A stretch of DNA of 64,000 nucleotides from Amoebophrya sp. A120 (taxonomy: Eukaryota; Protista; Dinoflagellata). Below, piece by piece: positions 11,701-23,644 of the stretch. Under the pieces are notes generated by a model. The model did not search any database. It saw only the letters and a list, made by a program, of their open reading frames with translations, and was not told the origin of the DNA. Positions within the stretch are counted from its first letter, which is position 1, and each line of letters begins with the position of its first letter. The translations under genes and the position numbers were made by a program. The stretch is taken from contig CAJINV010000011.1 in NCBI GenBank assembly GCA_905178155.1, forward strand, positions 2,528,485 to 2,592,484, given 5' to 3'.

Positions 11701-14700
11701 CCGCTGGTGCAATCGATGCTGATATGCACCTCGAAGAATCGGAAGAGGAGTTTCTCTTTCATGACTCCATCCAGGAGCAAGAGATGTTGCTGGCAGATGC
11801 GATGCAAAACAGTCGCAAAGGGGTGAAACGGAGCAGGCCCGCGAGCTCCGCCCCTGCAGCCGCACCTGCGGCATTCGCGTCGTCCTCGGCATCGTCTTCC
11901 TCGTCCGCCCAGCCGAAAATGGACCCCTTGGAATTGTTCAAGTCGAAGTGCAATTCGGCATTTGGGAAAGGGAAAGGAATGAAAGGTAAATCCGCAGGCA
12001 AGAGCAAAGGGAACTTCCATCACACTCCGACCGGTACAGGCCTGTTCCAGAATGAGATCACCCCCGCTACAGCAGGAGTAGATGACGATGAGGAGTACGA
12101 GCCAGAAGCGGAGCCTCCCGCGCCAACATGGGACTGGCAGAATGCCACGGAAGAGGATCTCTTCCCGGCGGCACAGCGCAAAGGCAAAGGCGGGAAGGCA
12201 CCGATGGGATCCATGTCGGGCAAGAAAGGAGCACGGTCGCGCCCGTACTCCTCCCCGTCGGCGCCAGCAGCACCGAAACTGCACCCCAGTGTCTGGCACT
12301 ATGGAATTCCATCCCAGGGTGCGTGCAACATGCACCCGTCAGCAGCCATGTGCCAGCCATACGCGTTTCAAGATCCCTTTGCTCCCCACCACGCCGACAA
12401 CTTTCACCTGCTGCCACCACCAGTAGAACCATCCACCGCGAATGCGTATGGTCGGTGCACTCGTCGCGCAGGACGAGTTGCGATCGACGAGTGGGGGTAT
12501 CCACTTATTGAAGATGCAGAATCCCCAGCAAACTGGGACTATACATCTTCTATGCATTACAAATTTCCTCCCACTGCTCTTTTCTCCCGAATTATAGTGT
12601 TTAGCATAGGATATTCTGGCTAGGGTGTATTCTTGTTGTCTAGTATTACAACAAGCCTGGTGATGACCATCTTATGATGTAGCCAAGTGCAGACTAGCGC
12701 TCGGTGTAGGGCACGCCTAAATTGTGCCGGCACGCCTAAATAGTGCCAGTCGGTAGCATGGTGACAGACAGCAGAATTCCCAGGAACTTGATCTGACGCA
12801 GGCTATTTTGTATTTTCCATTTGTGAAGAAATACAAATACTTGCCCGAATCAAGTATTTAGCATGCCGTATTCTGGCTAGGGTGGTCTCCACTTCCTCAC
12901 GTCACCAGAACAGCTGCGTGATGAGAGCAACCGAAAGGATTTGATCCGTCCTGTGACAGACTAGCGCTCGGTGTAAGGCACGCCTAAATAGTGCCGGCAC
13001 GCCTAATTAGTGCCAGTTGGTAGCATGGTAACTGATAGATGGGAACCAAACTCTGACCAAAGCTGGTTTTTGGTCCCCCCTCGTCCGTTGCACAAGCTGC
13101 GCTGTAGCGCGCGCACAAGAGAATCGCTGCGAACTCAGAGCCTAAATTTCATGTCGCCATCAGCCTGCAGGCTCGTCTGCAGTGTGGTGTAGCACTAGTT
13201 CTCATCACCTCAGCAATTTGTCGTGCCCACTTCGGGCATCACCTCTATAGGTAGCCAGAATATGTCATGCTAAACACAGAATTAGCAAAAGAAAAGAGCC
13301 TCTCCTCCGCCTGCATACCAGTTGAAGATCAGGAAGCCTTCATCGCCGCCGCCTCGTTCGAGATGTACTGGAGATGCACCGGCACCGCGACAGACGCGCA
13401 GACAGTAGTCTTGAGCTGTCTCCTGTTCCGCATTCTGATGCGGATTGTGATGACGAAAATAGGACTAGAGGCCTACGAGATGTACTACTCCGACGAAGAA
13501 CTAGCAGCATCCACGAAGTCCATGCTCTGCACCAACAAAGCCACGCTAGCATATGTAGCCTCTCAGCGAGTCCTAGCCGTCAAGAAGACCATGGCGCAGG
13601 CCGCGGTGGTGTTATCGCTGAACGGATTTAATCCGAAGAGTTATTCATCCGAAGCCGAGGTAACAGGTGCTGTTAAGGTAATGGCAAAGCCACCCTTTTC
13701 CGACACGTCCTTGGTGACCGCCATGCTCACCCTGGGAAAGACGATGTTGACAGCAGTCGCGTGGCAATATGCATTGCAAAAGTGTACTGCCTCAGGATTC
13801 TTGTCTGCATGCTTGTGATGCTAATTTGAATTGTGATTGCACATTTATAATGCTGGGTCAGTACATCTTCACCCAGCATAACGTAGGAGCAGAAACCAAA
13901 GTGAGCTGCACCTTCCTAGGTCTTAAAACTGAGACCTGGGCAAAAGTGCAAAAAAGCTGCGAAAAGGTTTTCGACACCCTTGCCCTCAATGAGGGCAAAG
14001 AACATGAACTGGAACTGAAAGAAGCCACCACTATTTCCGATAACCTCTCGTCTACGAAGTTGATTTCCGCCCTCGTCGCGGCCTCCGACGTTTTCCCACA
14101 GGACAGCCTCCTTGATCGCCTTGTGGAGCTCGAAGACAGGTTGAAGAACACGTTCGGAATAGTTACTGCAGTAGAGAAAATGCAGAAGCGGGAATTGATA
14201 AAGCACATGTCCATCTACCTCTCTGGGCTCAAAAAAGCCCTGGTGACGCCTTCGATCGACGACATCGTGGTGTGGCTGAACAGCAGGAGATCGTTGATTC
14301 CGTTCGCACAGAAGGCCACGATCACCACGAAAGGCAAGAACAAAGGGAAAGGTAAGCAAAAGAAATCGTGGACCGTCACCAAGGACAATGAAAAAGGGAA
14401 GACCAAAGGTAAGGGTAAAAACAAAAAAGGAAAAGGAAAAGGTAAAGGAGGTGCAAATTCCTCTGACTTTGCCTCTATGGTGGATGATTATTCTACGAGA
14501 AATGGTTGTACTCGAGTCAGCTTGCGATTACCTACGCATGACAAATGCTTGTCCTCAGGGAAAGCAGTATGATACTTTCCCTCTCTCCTCGTCAAAATTG
14601 CAATGCAACTGGTACTAGCACAGCATTTCTGCACTTGCATATCAGCGGCGCCGCGACCATAGCAAAAGTGTTCAAGATGGACAAACAACGGGTGCTCCGC

Positions 14701-14750
14701 GAATGCGGATGCGTCATGTATGTCCTCGACAAAAGACGCATCACGGTACC
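8795..14750 (+). CDS. Very large orphan protein, 3' end lost in gap; introns about 8846-8993, 12551-13322, 13768-13861, 14489-14646
   Basis: Exon MTGRKSSTAEKRKSAVK|GT...AG|DEAQH; ORFs 8979-12623, 13267-13818, 13769-14572 and 14545 frame join in frame after removing TAT-started inserts; GKGKG tracts. Confidence 0.6.
9183..9275 (+). repeat. Coding 36-bp tandem repeat x about 3
   Basis: VKTVSQSSSTTE / VKSVSQSSTTQE / MKGMSQS. Confidence 0.7.
12551..13317. mobile_element. Long introner-like insert with subterminal inverted repeats and internal duplicated hairpin units
   Basis: TATGCA...TGCATA ends; GTGTTTAGCATAGGATATTCTGGCTA (about 12597) is inverted at about 13252; removing element + 5 nt restores the frame. 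Confidence 0.6.
12690..13035. repeat. Two copies (12690-12768, 12957-13035) of a 79-bp multi-hairpin unit
   Basis: CAGACTAGCGCTCGGTGTA-(GGCACgcctaawtwGTGCC)x2-AGTYGGTAGCATGGTRACWGA. Confidence 0.9.
14489..14641. mobile_element. Decayed introner
   Basis: TAT...ATA ends, partial TIR, internal GCATGACAAA; element + 5 nt removal gives MVDD|GAATIAK. Confidence 0.6.
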
Positions 14751-14890
14751 TATTTACTACAGCTTATTTTGTTTTGTAATATTTAACTGTTGCCCGANNN
14801 NNNNNNNNNNNNNNNNNNNNNNNNNNNNNNNNNNNNNNNNNNNNNNNNNNNNNNNNNNNNNNNNNNNNNNNNNNNNNNNNNNNNNNNNNN

Positions 14891-17800
14891 TTCCAAAACT
14901 TTTCATTTGACTTTTCAGGATTTGAGGGTATTGAAAACGATTTGGTAATGCGACTCAGAACGAAAAAACGCAACGAAGATACTCCAAACGACAGAACAGG
15001 GGCGCCTGCGAGGTTTTGGGCGCCGACGCCTCCTCTTGTGCCGCGGGTAATCGGCGAAGTCCGAGCGACCGCCTTTTCACCCGCCGAAGCAAGCGTGCGC
15101 GCGCCCCGGCGGGCACCCGCCGACCGCAGGGCGCCATCGGCTGCCGGCGCGGGCGCCCTAAAGAAAAAGGCCATGACCGCCCACCCACCCTCCCCCCACG
15201 CCCGGAAGGCCTACCCGGGAACTGACTAGGAGGAGGGCTACCGACGCAGGGAAGGGGGCCGGCCCGCCAGACCCTAAACCCGACACAACCGGGCACCGGG
15301 CAGCACGCGCCCTCGCCAAGAAACGCGCGCGCCCAAGCCTCACAAACACCGCGAACCATGGCGCGCCTCCTGCCGCCGGCAGCCACCGCGAAACGGCCCG
15401 ACCCTGGCAGGTTTCTTAATGCAAAGCAACCGCCGGCCAAAAGTTGCCGGCGGCGTGTGCTGCTGTTTCGCGCTTTTCCACATGAAAAAAATCAAAGCGC
15501 GCCAGCCTGTCGGGCTTTGTTTTACTTGCTTCAACGAACCGCCGGCGCCGGGTTCTATCGGTCGCCGACTGATAACACTAACGACGCAGGGGGGCCGGAA
15601 AAAGGGGCGCCGTTCTGAGGCGCCGGCCGCGGGGGGTTCTGGCGATTGGGGGCGCCCAAAAGGGCGCCCCAAAAAACTCGCGGCAAATCGCAAAAGCGAA
15701 GCCGCATGACAGGGCCGGGGCTTCGTTCGGAGCGTTTGGCCGGCCGCGAAAGCGGCCACCAACTTTTCGCCGGTTTCTATGCAGCGGAAGCTTTGCAAAG
15801 GGTGCCGGCGCGCAAAGAAAAAACACAAAAAAGCAAAAGCGCGCGAGGCCAATCCACACGCCACGGGCCCGGTTGGCATTCGGTTTTAGGGCGCTCCACC
15901 GCGGCGCCCGGATCGGCCCCATTCATACCGCCGGGGCTGGCTTTCAGGCAGGGGCTCTGGAAATTTGCCAAAGAACTGCCATGCTTTCCAAAAGACGGCC
16001 AAGCCGCGCGGCATGACCATACCAAAAGCGGCACGGCGGGCATAGAAATAGCGCGCCGTGGCTGGCCAGGGCAACGAACGGTCGGCGGGCAAGGCAGCCA
16101 GCGGCACCGACCTCACCACCTCCGCCCCGGAGGCTATATTTGGCACGCTGGGCGCATGCAGCAGCGACTTACCGCCCGACAGCCCCACGCATATCAAGCA
16201 AACAGGCTCCGAGGGTAACTAAGCCCCCACGACGTCCCCTCCCCTACGTGCGTCGCACGCAGGGGCGCAATTCCGCCCGTGCGCCAACCAGATCGCCCGG
16301 CGCCCCAACATGGTTCGCCCCGCCCGAAACGATGTCGAGCGTGCCATGCGGTCCGACGTCGGACCGCACGGTATGCGTGTCGGAAAAGCAAAACAGCAAA
16401 GGCACAGGCCCTGGCTGTCCAGATAGAGACGAAACAGATCGCCCAATCCCGGCCGACAGGGTGGGGCGCAGGGCGAGCGAAGGGCGAGACGAACGATGGC
16501 AATCGGGCCGCCGGCACGTAGAAAGTAGACCCGCGGTGGCGCCGCCCGGTATTCCAGGCTGGCACGCAGGCAGGCCGGCGGGGCCCAACATGCAGGCGCC
16601 CCCCCGCGTCAGAGGGAGGCCCCCAGACAGGCCTGCTCCGACCGTCCGGCCGGCCGGCGCCTGGCGGATGCGGCGGAATCGCTTTGGCACCCCAATAACC
16701 CGCCTCCCCCGCCCGGGCCCGGCAATGCACAGACGCCGCGCGCGGCTGCTGCCGGCCGACACACTGTGGCCCCGGTCCAGGACGGTCGCGGGCGGGGAGG
16801 CTGGGTGGCGAAGGACTGGCGCGGCCGGGCCGGGTGTTCCTTCCGTCTATGGGTTTGGGCAAACCAACGCCCATTCTAGCGGCGCCCAGGCCCCCAAGAG
16901 CCCGCCGCCGCACCTGTGGAGTACACCGAGCGCACGCCCCACACGCGCCCCAAACGGCGCAAAGCGCCAAGTTCAGGGGGTCGGTAGCAACCGCCGAAGC
17001 CCGGGCGCCCTCTCGTGGTTCGCAGCTAAACGCGCACCGGAGCCCCCGGGGCGTGGTTCCCCTGGCCCGGTGGCGCATGCGACAACGTAGCGCCGGCCGC
17101 CGGGGCGGGGCCGACCGCTTGCCTGGCTACGTGGGCAATAATCGCAGGCGTGCCTATCGGGGGGCTTTGCCTCTTTTCGGGCGCAAGGCAGCCGCCCGAG
17201 GGCGGCCCAACTGGCGGGCAGGAACGAAGGCCAGGCGCCGGGCGGCGAAACTTTTCCGAACCTCTACCGAAAACGCTACCGGAAACTTTGCCGAGAACTT
17301 GCCGAAAACATTGCCGAAGTTTCTTGCTGAAAACTTGCCGAAACTTCTCCCGAAAAGTCGGCGAAAACCTTCCGCGAAACCTTCCCGGAAAACTCTCCCG
17401 TTTAAAAGTCGACCAAAAGTTACAGAGCGGGAGTTGGAAAGTCAACCAAAAGTTTTCGAGTCCGAAAATGATCCCGAAGCGGGGAAGTTTCGGGAAAGTT
17501 CGAGGTTAAGTTTTCGGCAAGTTTTCGGCAAGTTTTCGGCAAGTTTTCGGCACCCAGCCAGAGGATTTCGTCGCGCCCTCAAAAGCCGAAAAGCCTGAAG
17601 GCTTGCGCGCCCGCCAATCTTGCGAAAAATCCTGCTGCCTCCCTCCTTTTCTACATGGCTGGGGCGGCCTCCCCGAAAATGGGGACAGAACCTCCTGGGC
17701 GAGCTTACTTATTGCGCGCGGAGCCGGCGCGGCAAAATGTGACGCCCCCCGCGCGCCCCTGCTGCGCCGGCGCCCTTCCTACTCGCGAAAAGCCGGCCGC

Positions 17801-18946
17801 GCAAGGAATGCCACCGAGACCGAGGCGGGGCACTCTGGAGCGGCGGCATGGCCTTGCCGCTTTGTATGTAAGTACGGGGGGGCGGCGAATATGAAAGAGA
17901 AAGGGGCAGGCCGGGCAGCCTCTAGCTAGCGCCCAAAGGCGCTACGCCAAAACGTGAGGCGCGGCCAGTTCCACCGAAGCGCGCCACGCCATGCGGCCCG
18001 AACAGGCGCGCGAGGCCCGGGCCGCGCGGCGTGCTGCGTCCCTGCTCCAATATACCAAATATAGCCGCCGGGGCGCAGATAATGAGGCCGGCGCCGCTTT
18101 TTTGCCCGCCGACCTTTGCCCGCGCCACGGTTTTGCTTTTTCTGGGCCCGCCGTGTCGCGGTGGGTAAGGTTATGCCGCACGGTATGGCGGGCGCATGAA
18201 GAAAATGGCAGATGTTGGGCAACTTGCCAAAACCCCTGCCCGAAAGCCAGTCCCGATGCTATGGGGCCGACCCGGGCACCACGGTTGGCGCCCAAAAACC
18301 GAAGGGAAAGCGGGCCCGTAGAATGAATGCGGGCTGCACTGGCTTCGCGCGCTTGGCGCGTTTTTTCTTTTTTGCGATGTGTGTTATTTTTCGCGCCCGC
18401 GCCTTTTGCAAAGCTACCTCCCCCCGCTTAGAAACTGGCAAAAGGGCGGCCGCTTTCGCGACCGGCCAAAATGCTCCGAATTCGCGGCCATGCCCCAAGG
18501 CTTCGCTGTTCTGGTTTCGGGCGAGTTTTTTGGGGCGCCCTTTTGGGCACCCCAAGTCGCCAGAACCCCAGCCGGCCGACACCTGAGAAGGGCGCCACTT
18601 TTGCCGACCCCCCTACGTCATTTTTTCAGTCTTTCTACCGGCGGCCGGCTGAGCCCGCCGGCGACTGCATTCATTGCAGACAAAACCAAAAAGCCGGGCG
18701 CGCTTGGATTTTTTTCATCTTCAACATGCGAAAAAACACGAGCCAACGTCCCAAGCCCCCGGGCGTTTTTGGCGGTGCTTGTCGGAAAAGTTGCAGAGGT
18801 AGAGCCGCTCCGCGGGGTCGCTACATCTTACAAGAGAAGGCAAACCACCCGGGCACGCAGGCTCGTGCTGGAGGGCAACATACCAGAGGGGCCACGGGGC
18901 CCCCGCCCGCCGGCTCGCTTGTGGGCCGGGCCACCCGGGGGAGTTG
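14891..18946. repeat. GC-rich fold-back repeat contig between two assembly gaps
   Basis: About 15400-16145 is a diverged inverted copy of about 18050-18790; central inverted AAACTTGCCGA micro-repeats at 17283-17553; left end matches 1-192. Confidence 0.8.
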
Positions 18947-19277
18947 NNNNNNNNNNNNNNNNNNNNNNNNNNNNNNNNNNNNNNNNNNNNNNNNNNNNNN
19001 NNNNNNNNNNNNNNNNNNNNNNNNNNNNNNNNNNNNNNNNNNNNNNCTAGCCTCCAATGAATTGAAGCCTCTAATACTCGCAGTCGCAACATGTCACAGC
19101 TCACATGGGTTGTCATGCGGCCAGGGGAGTTTCGGAAGCCTCCGGCGGCCGCCGCAACGGCGGGGGGGGGGCGTTTTCGCTTCTCTGTCGTGGAGCTGCG
19201 CCGGGTCGTGATGTCGTTGGCAATTTCGGATCCACCGCCTCAAGATGAATTGCCCTGTCGCCAGAAGCGGGTCCTTT

Positions 19278-21948
19278 CTAGGCCTGCGGGTTGGCTACTC
19301 GCATGTCCGTTGGTAGCCACACCGGACTGCTTTTCTTCGACTTTTTCCCGCCCCGCTTCTTCGACCGCTATCCCACGCGAAATTTTTACCATCACAACCA
19401 TACACAAGACCCAGCAACTCGCAATTTTCATGCGGCACGCCACGCAAGATAAATAAGAAGGAGCCTACGTGCTAAAAATGGTGCTAGTAGACCCATCCTC
19501 TGTCATCTGTGCAAGCACACCTGCATATCAAGTTACAAATTGAGGTCTGGGCGGTCGTGATGTTGTTTGTAAAAAAATCTCACTCAGGATACCTTCTCTT
19601 CAGAGGAACTGCCTTCGTCGTCGCTACCGGCGTTCGCGGAATACCATTTTTGATACCTGTTGGAATGTTGGCAGTGATTGGAATATGATGAGACACACTT
19701 GTTACAACTCGTTCTGTCTTTTACAACGCACAGCAGCCGCCGCTCAGTACAGTAGTACTACACATCACGGTAGAGTTGCTCTTGCACCACTGCAGCTTTA
19801 TCATTGAAAATCATTTGAGCGGCCTATCATCTGTGACAAGTATGCATCGCTGACATAAAAATCGCAGAAATAAAAGAAAAACATCTCTGATGTAGTACTG
19901 GTCGTAGCTCATGTTGACGAAATCTGGCTGCCCTGGCACCGGCGGTCCTCCACCGCCCTGCGCTGCTGCTCCACCCCCGTTCGCTGCTTGTGCCGGTGGT
20001 GGAGGCCCTGACGAGGAGATTACCGTGGCGCCAGCTGGCACGGCGGAGGAGGAGGAAATCACCTGCACCACCTTCGGCTGCTGCGCGGGCACCACGACCG
20101 TCGCTGGCACGTGACCACTGCTCGACGTGACAATTGTCGTACCTCCCGCGGGCTTGCTCGTCGTCGCGCTGGTGCCCCACGCAGCCGCGTACTGCGGCTG
20201 TTGCTGTTGTACTACCGCGTTGCTCACAACGGCCGGCGTACCCCAACTGCTACCGACCGTTCCGGGGGCGGGACCCGTACTTTGCGCCACGGGCACCGGC
20301 GCCGTTATGGTCGTAGTGGTCGTGCCGTAGGGGCCCACACGCGTGACGTAACTCGTGGTCCCGCCGTAGGGACCTTGTATGTAGGATCGGTTTTGGTGGT
20401 GGTGGTGGCCATTCGAAGTTGCAGCTCCGTACGAGGAGCCACTTCCGTAGGAATTGTAGGAGGAGTTATGGCTGTTGTAGTGATTGTGGCTATGATCCCG
20501 GTCCTTGCCGTACTTGCCCTTGCCCTTCCGGTCGTTCTTGCCACTGCGGTCGTACTGGTCCCCGCCGAAAATCGGCTCGCCCACCGGCGGGGCGTCGCTC
20601 GGGACGGGGTTTGGTTCCTCCTCGTCCTCGACAAAATTGTCCGGATCCGCGCCGAACACGCCCCGGTCTATGTACTCGCAGATCTGCTTCCCGACCGAAA
20701 AGGGCAGCTCCTGGCCGTCGCGGGAGATCTTTACGCTCAGCTGGTTATTCCATTCGTTGGTCACATGCGCAACGTCGTTGAAATCCAAGTCGTGAAGCTT
20801 AAGCCACCTGTGAAGTGAGAAAGGTAAAATTGCGTAAGAAGGACATCATGCACACTCATCATGAACATGAAGAGGAATACTGTAGATCAAAAATCAGTCA
20901 ATTATACCGCCCGGTGATGAAAAAGAACCACATCTTCAATACTGCAAACGTACAAAATTATACTTGATGTCAAAAAGCGATCCGAATCCGTTGAAGGGGT
21001 CGTGTGACTTTGAAGCTCCGCATTTCCCTACCATTCTTGCGTATCCTTGGAAGCTGCCGCTCATGTTGACGGAAAATAAAAGCACAACGAAGGGCGCTAC
21101 TCGAAGCCTGTTTTTGGAAAGTTGTAGTCATGTTCGCTCCATGATCGCACAATTATAATCGCCAACGTCGTTGGCGATTGTAATTGTAATTGTCGTTGAA
21201 AGACATCAGAACTACATGACGAAGCATGTTCATACATCACTTGAAAGAAAATCATGCTCAAAAACGGAAAAAGCTTTAAACATAGATAATACGCTTCATT
21301 GAGTTTTTTTTCGTTGTGTCGCTGGGTCGCCCACACATTGTTCTGAATCGAGCTGACGAGATTTTTGTGGTTGTTGCACTTGATGATAAAATATCGCGTT
21401 CGGTTGTCGCCGTGCATCTTTCCGGGTGGTGGAAGTTTCTTCTCATTGTTTCCGGCACTTCCTCCCGCGGCGGTGCTGCCGGCGGATCCAGCCGGGATGG
21501 TTGCTCCACTGCTCGAGCTCGCATCTTGGGCTTGCTTACTGTGGTCTACCGCGGCCGTCGCACTGGAGGACGCGTCGGTGGCTACCTGTGAAGCATTGCA
21601 AATCGAATCCGACTTGAGAAATCGTATCTTTGTTGTGATCGTAAGGTAGTAGGAGCAACAATGCAGACTGCGTCTGCGATAATCTTTGGTATGAAATTAT
21701 TTTGCACTAAGTCTATAACTTCTGTACGATTTATCAAAGAAGTGTAATAACTGGTGATCTTTATTTTCCCCGTCTCCTGTTAAAAACGTGTGCTTCTTTT
21801 TTTCTCCACTGAAGCATGAAAGTTTGTCTCTATCATAAAAGCAGTTGTTTCGCGTTGAAAACACTACCCGCTCTTCCACCACTTTTTTCGCCGGAGAGTC
21901 ATCACCCCATTCCTCCGGGTTGTTCACGGCTGCAAATCCCAAATCCAT
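19278..21948 (-). CDS. YTH-domain (m6A reader) protein, YTHDC-like, multi-exon
   Basis: RYFIIKCNNHKNL..VWATQRHNEKKLNEA, FSVNMSGSFQGYARM, NEWNNQLSVKISRDGQEL; GT-AG introns 21108-21292, 20808-20963, 19368-19592; terminal exons less certain. Confidence 0.9.
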
Positions 21949-23644
21949 CCTGTTCGTTGACTTTCTTGGAGTGGCGAAAGCTTACACGGAGGTCGTAGCT
22001 GGTTTTCACCGGGGAAGATTTTCGCCTGGTGCCGGACACTGAAACGTAAAGACACCACTCAGGAGCAGGAGACCGAGCGATTTCGATTCGTTACGCCGGA
22101 GTGACCCTCCTGCGCATAGAGATGTCGTCTTCAAAATAAATCCGGTCGGTGTAAAGTAGACGCTTTCTTCATCGGAACATTATCAGGTTGGGCGAAAAAA
22201 ATTCAGGGTCCTCAAAGTTGTGTATAGTGGGCTGGTGGTGCGCGCTCACATAAATTCTACGTCGTCGCCAGGAAAGAGTACAACATACTCAAACGCGTAT
22301 TAAAAAAAACTCGGAAAAGAAATATCAATATTTCAGTTTTTTGTCAGTTTTGCAAGGATGTTGATACAACAATGTAACAATATTTCTTTTGGGGGGTCGC
22401 CCCTGTTACCAGTCCATCGAAAAGTACTACTTACTTACGCGTATAGAAATTACACATAAAAGTGCTGTAAGTACGTATGATAAATCCGACACAACTTCTG
22501 CAAACAGGGGGGTCGCGAGTCAAACGAAGGGAGGTAGACCACGCAAGAAGGGCAGGGGCCTTTTTGCAGGGTATTCAAGTGGATCTGTTCCGTTTTGGCG
22601 AAGTCGTATTCTCGATAACAGGAGCACGAAACTACTACGTGTTGCAACCAACAAGATCTTCGCACTTCTTTGGGGACAGTCTGCTATTCGACTGTGCAAG
22701 GGCAAGCCAAGTATGCATCGCGAAGGCAATAAAGGCAAATAAACGCAAACTGTGCCTTTAGTGCCGATCAAAGATCTCGCTTCAGCCGGGATCCGAGAAA
22801 AAGCAGCAGAACAGAAGTCGCAAAGGTAGACCACTTTGAGAGAGGTAGTCCGATTGTTATATTGAGTTCGCGTCGTGAGGTTTTGAGCCACACAACCCTT
22901 GTCGTTGTACTTGCTTCCGCTGGTACTAGTTCTGGTAATTTATGCTGCAGCCGAAATCAGATAATTTCGCCGCGGCAATCAGTACAAAAGTCCTTTCTAG
23001 GAAACTGCAATGGTCCGACTGAGATGAGAGACGGAAAGCGAAAGGTCTCGTCAAGAGACAGGTGGAATTACAAGCAGCTAATGAAGTTGCAGTACTCGAC
23101 TCTCGTTATGAAAAATATTCGTGTTCTTACTTATGCTTGAAAACTTATCGACACTAGACAGAGAAACTTGCTACCGTTCGCTCACAACCTGGAAGGATTC
23201 TTCAAGAAAAAAATCTGCCGTGCAAAAAGAACAAACTCGAAAATACAGCGATCATCAAAATTTCAAAGTCATATGGGAACTTTTTCATTTTCTCCGTTGA
23301 CCTGCATTCTTTTGTATTTGAGACCCATGTGCTTTGGCGTGCTGCGGTTGCGTTTTTTGATTCGCACACACAAAAAAACTTGACCGACATTAGTCGTGCT
23401 GTATGATTATGAGGATCACCTTTTCCTTTGATATTACTTTGGGTTTGATATCGATATTTAGATCGTATAGAACAGATTTTTCCTATATTGTTTTACTTTT
23501 GCCTCGTGTAGTTGCAGTAAGTGAATTCTGTCGCTCATTCGGACGTTGATTTTCTACTCTTCAGGGTTGATGCCTATCGACGAGGACCATACGGATAGAA
23601 TTCAATGGATAGATTAGGGCGCGACGAGCACTCGTACCGAGGTT

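Noticed and set aside
12780-12960. Dicistrovirus IGR-IRES, hammerhead or group I intron resemblance
   Set aside because: Only short words match (TGATCT, TATTTAGC, TGATGAG..GAAA, CAGACTA); the required helices could not be built, and the same words are explained by the element's inverted arms.
6100-14797. Endogenous virus or retrotransposon
   Set aside because: No hallmark genes, LTRs or TSD; the long ORFs join through host-type introns.
14942-19211. Many overlapping Arg/Gly/Pro-rich ORFs (also at 24748-27015)
   Set aside because: Expected from high GC and repeats; present in all frames with no domain signature.
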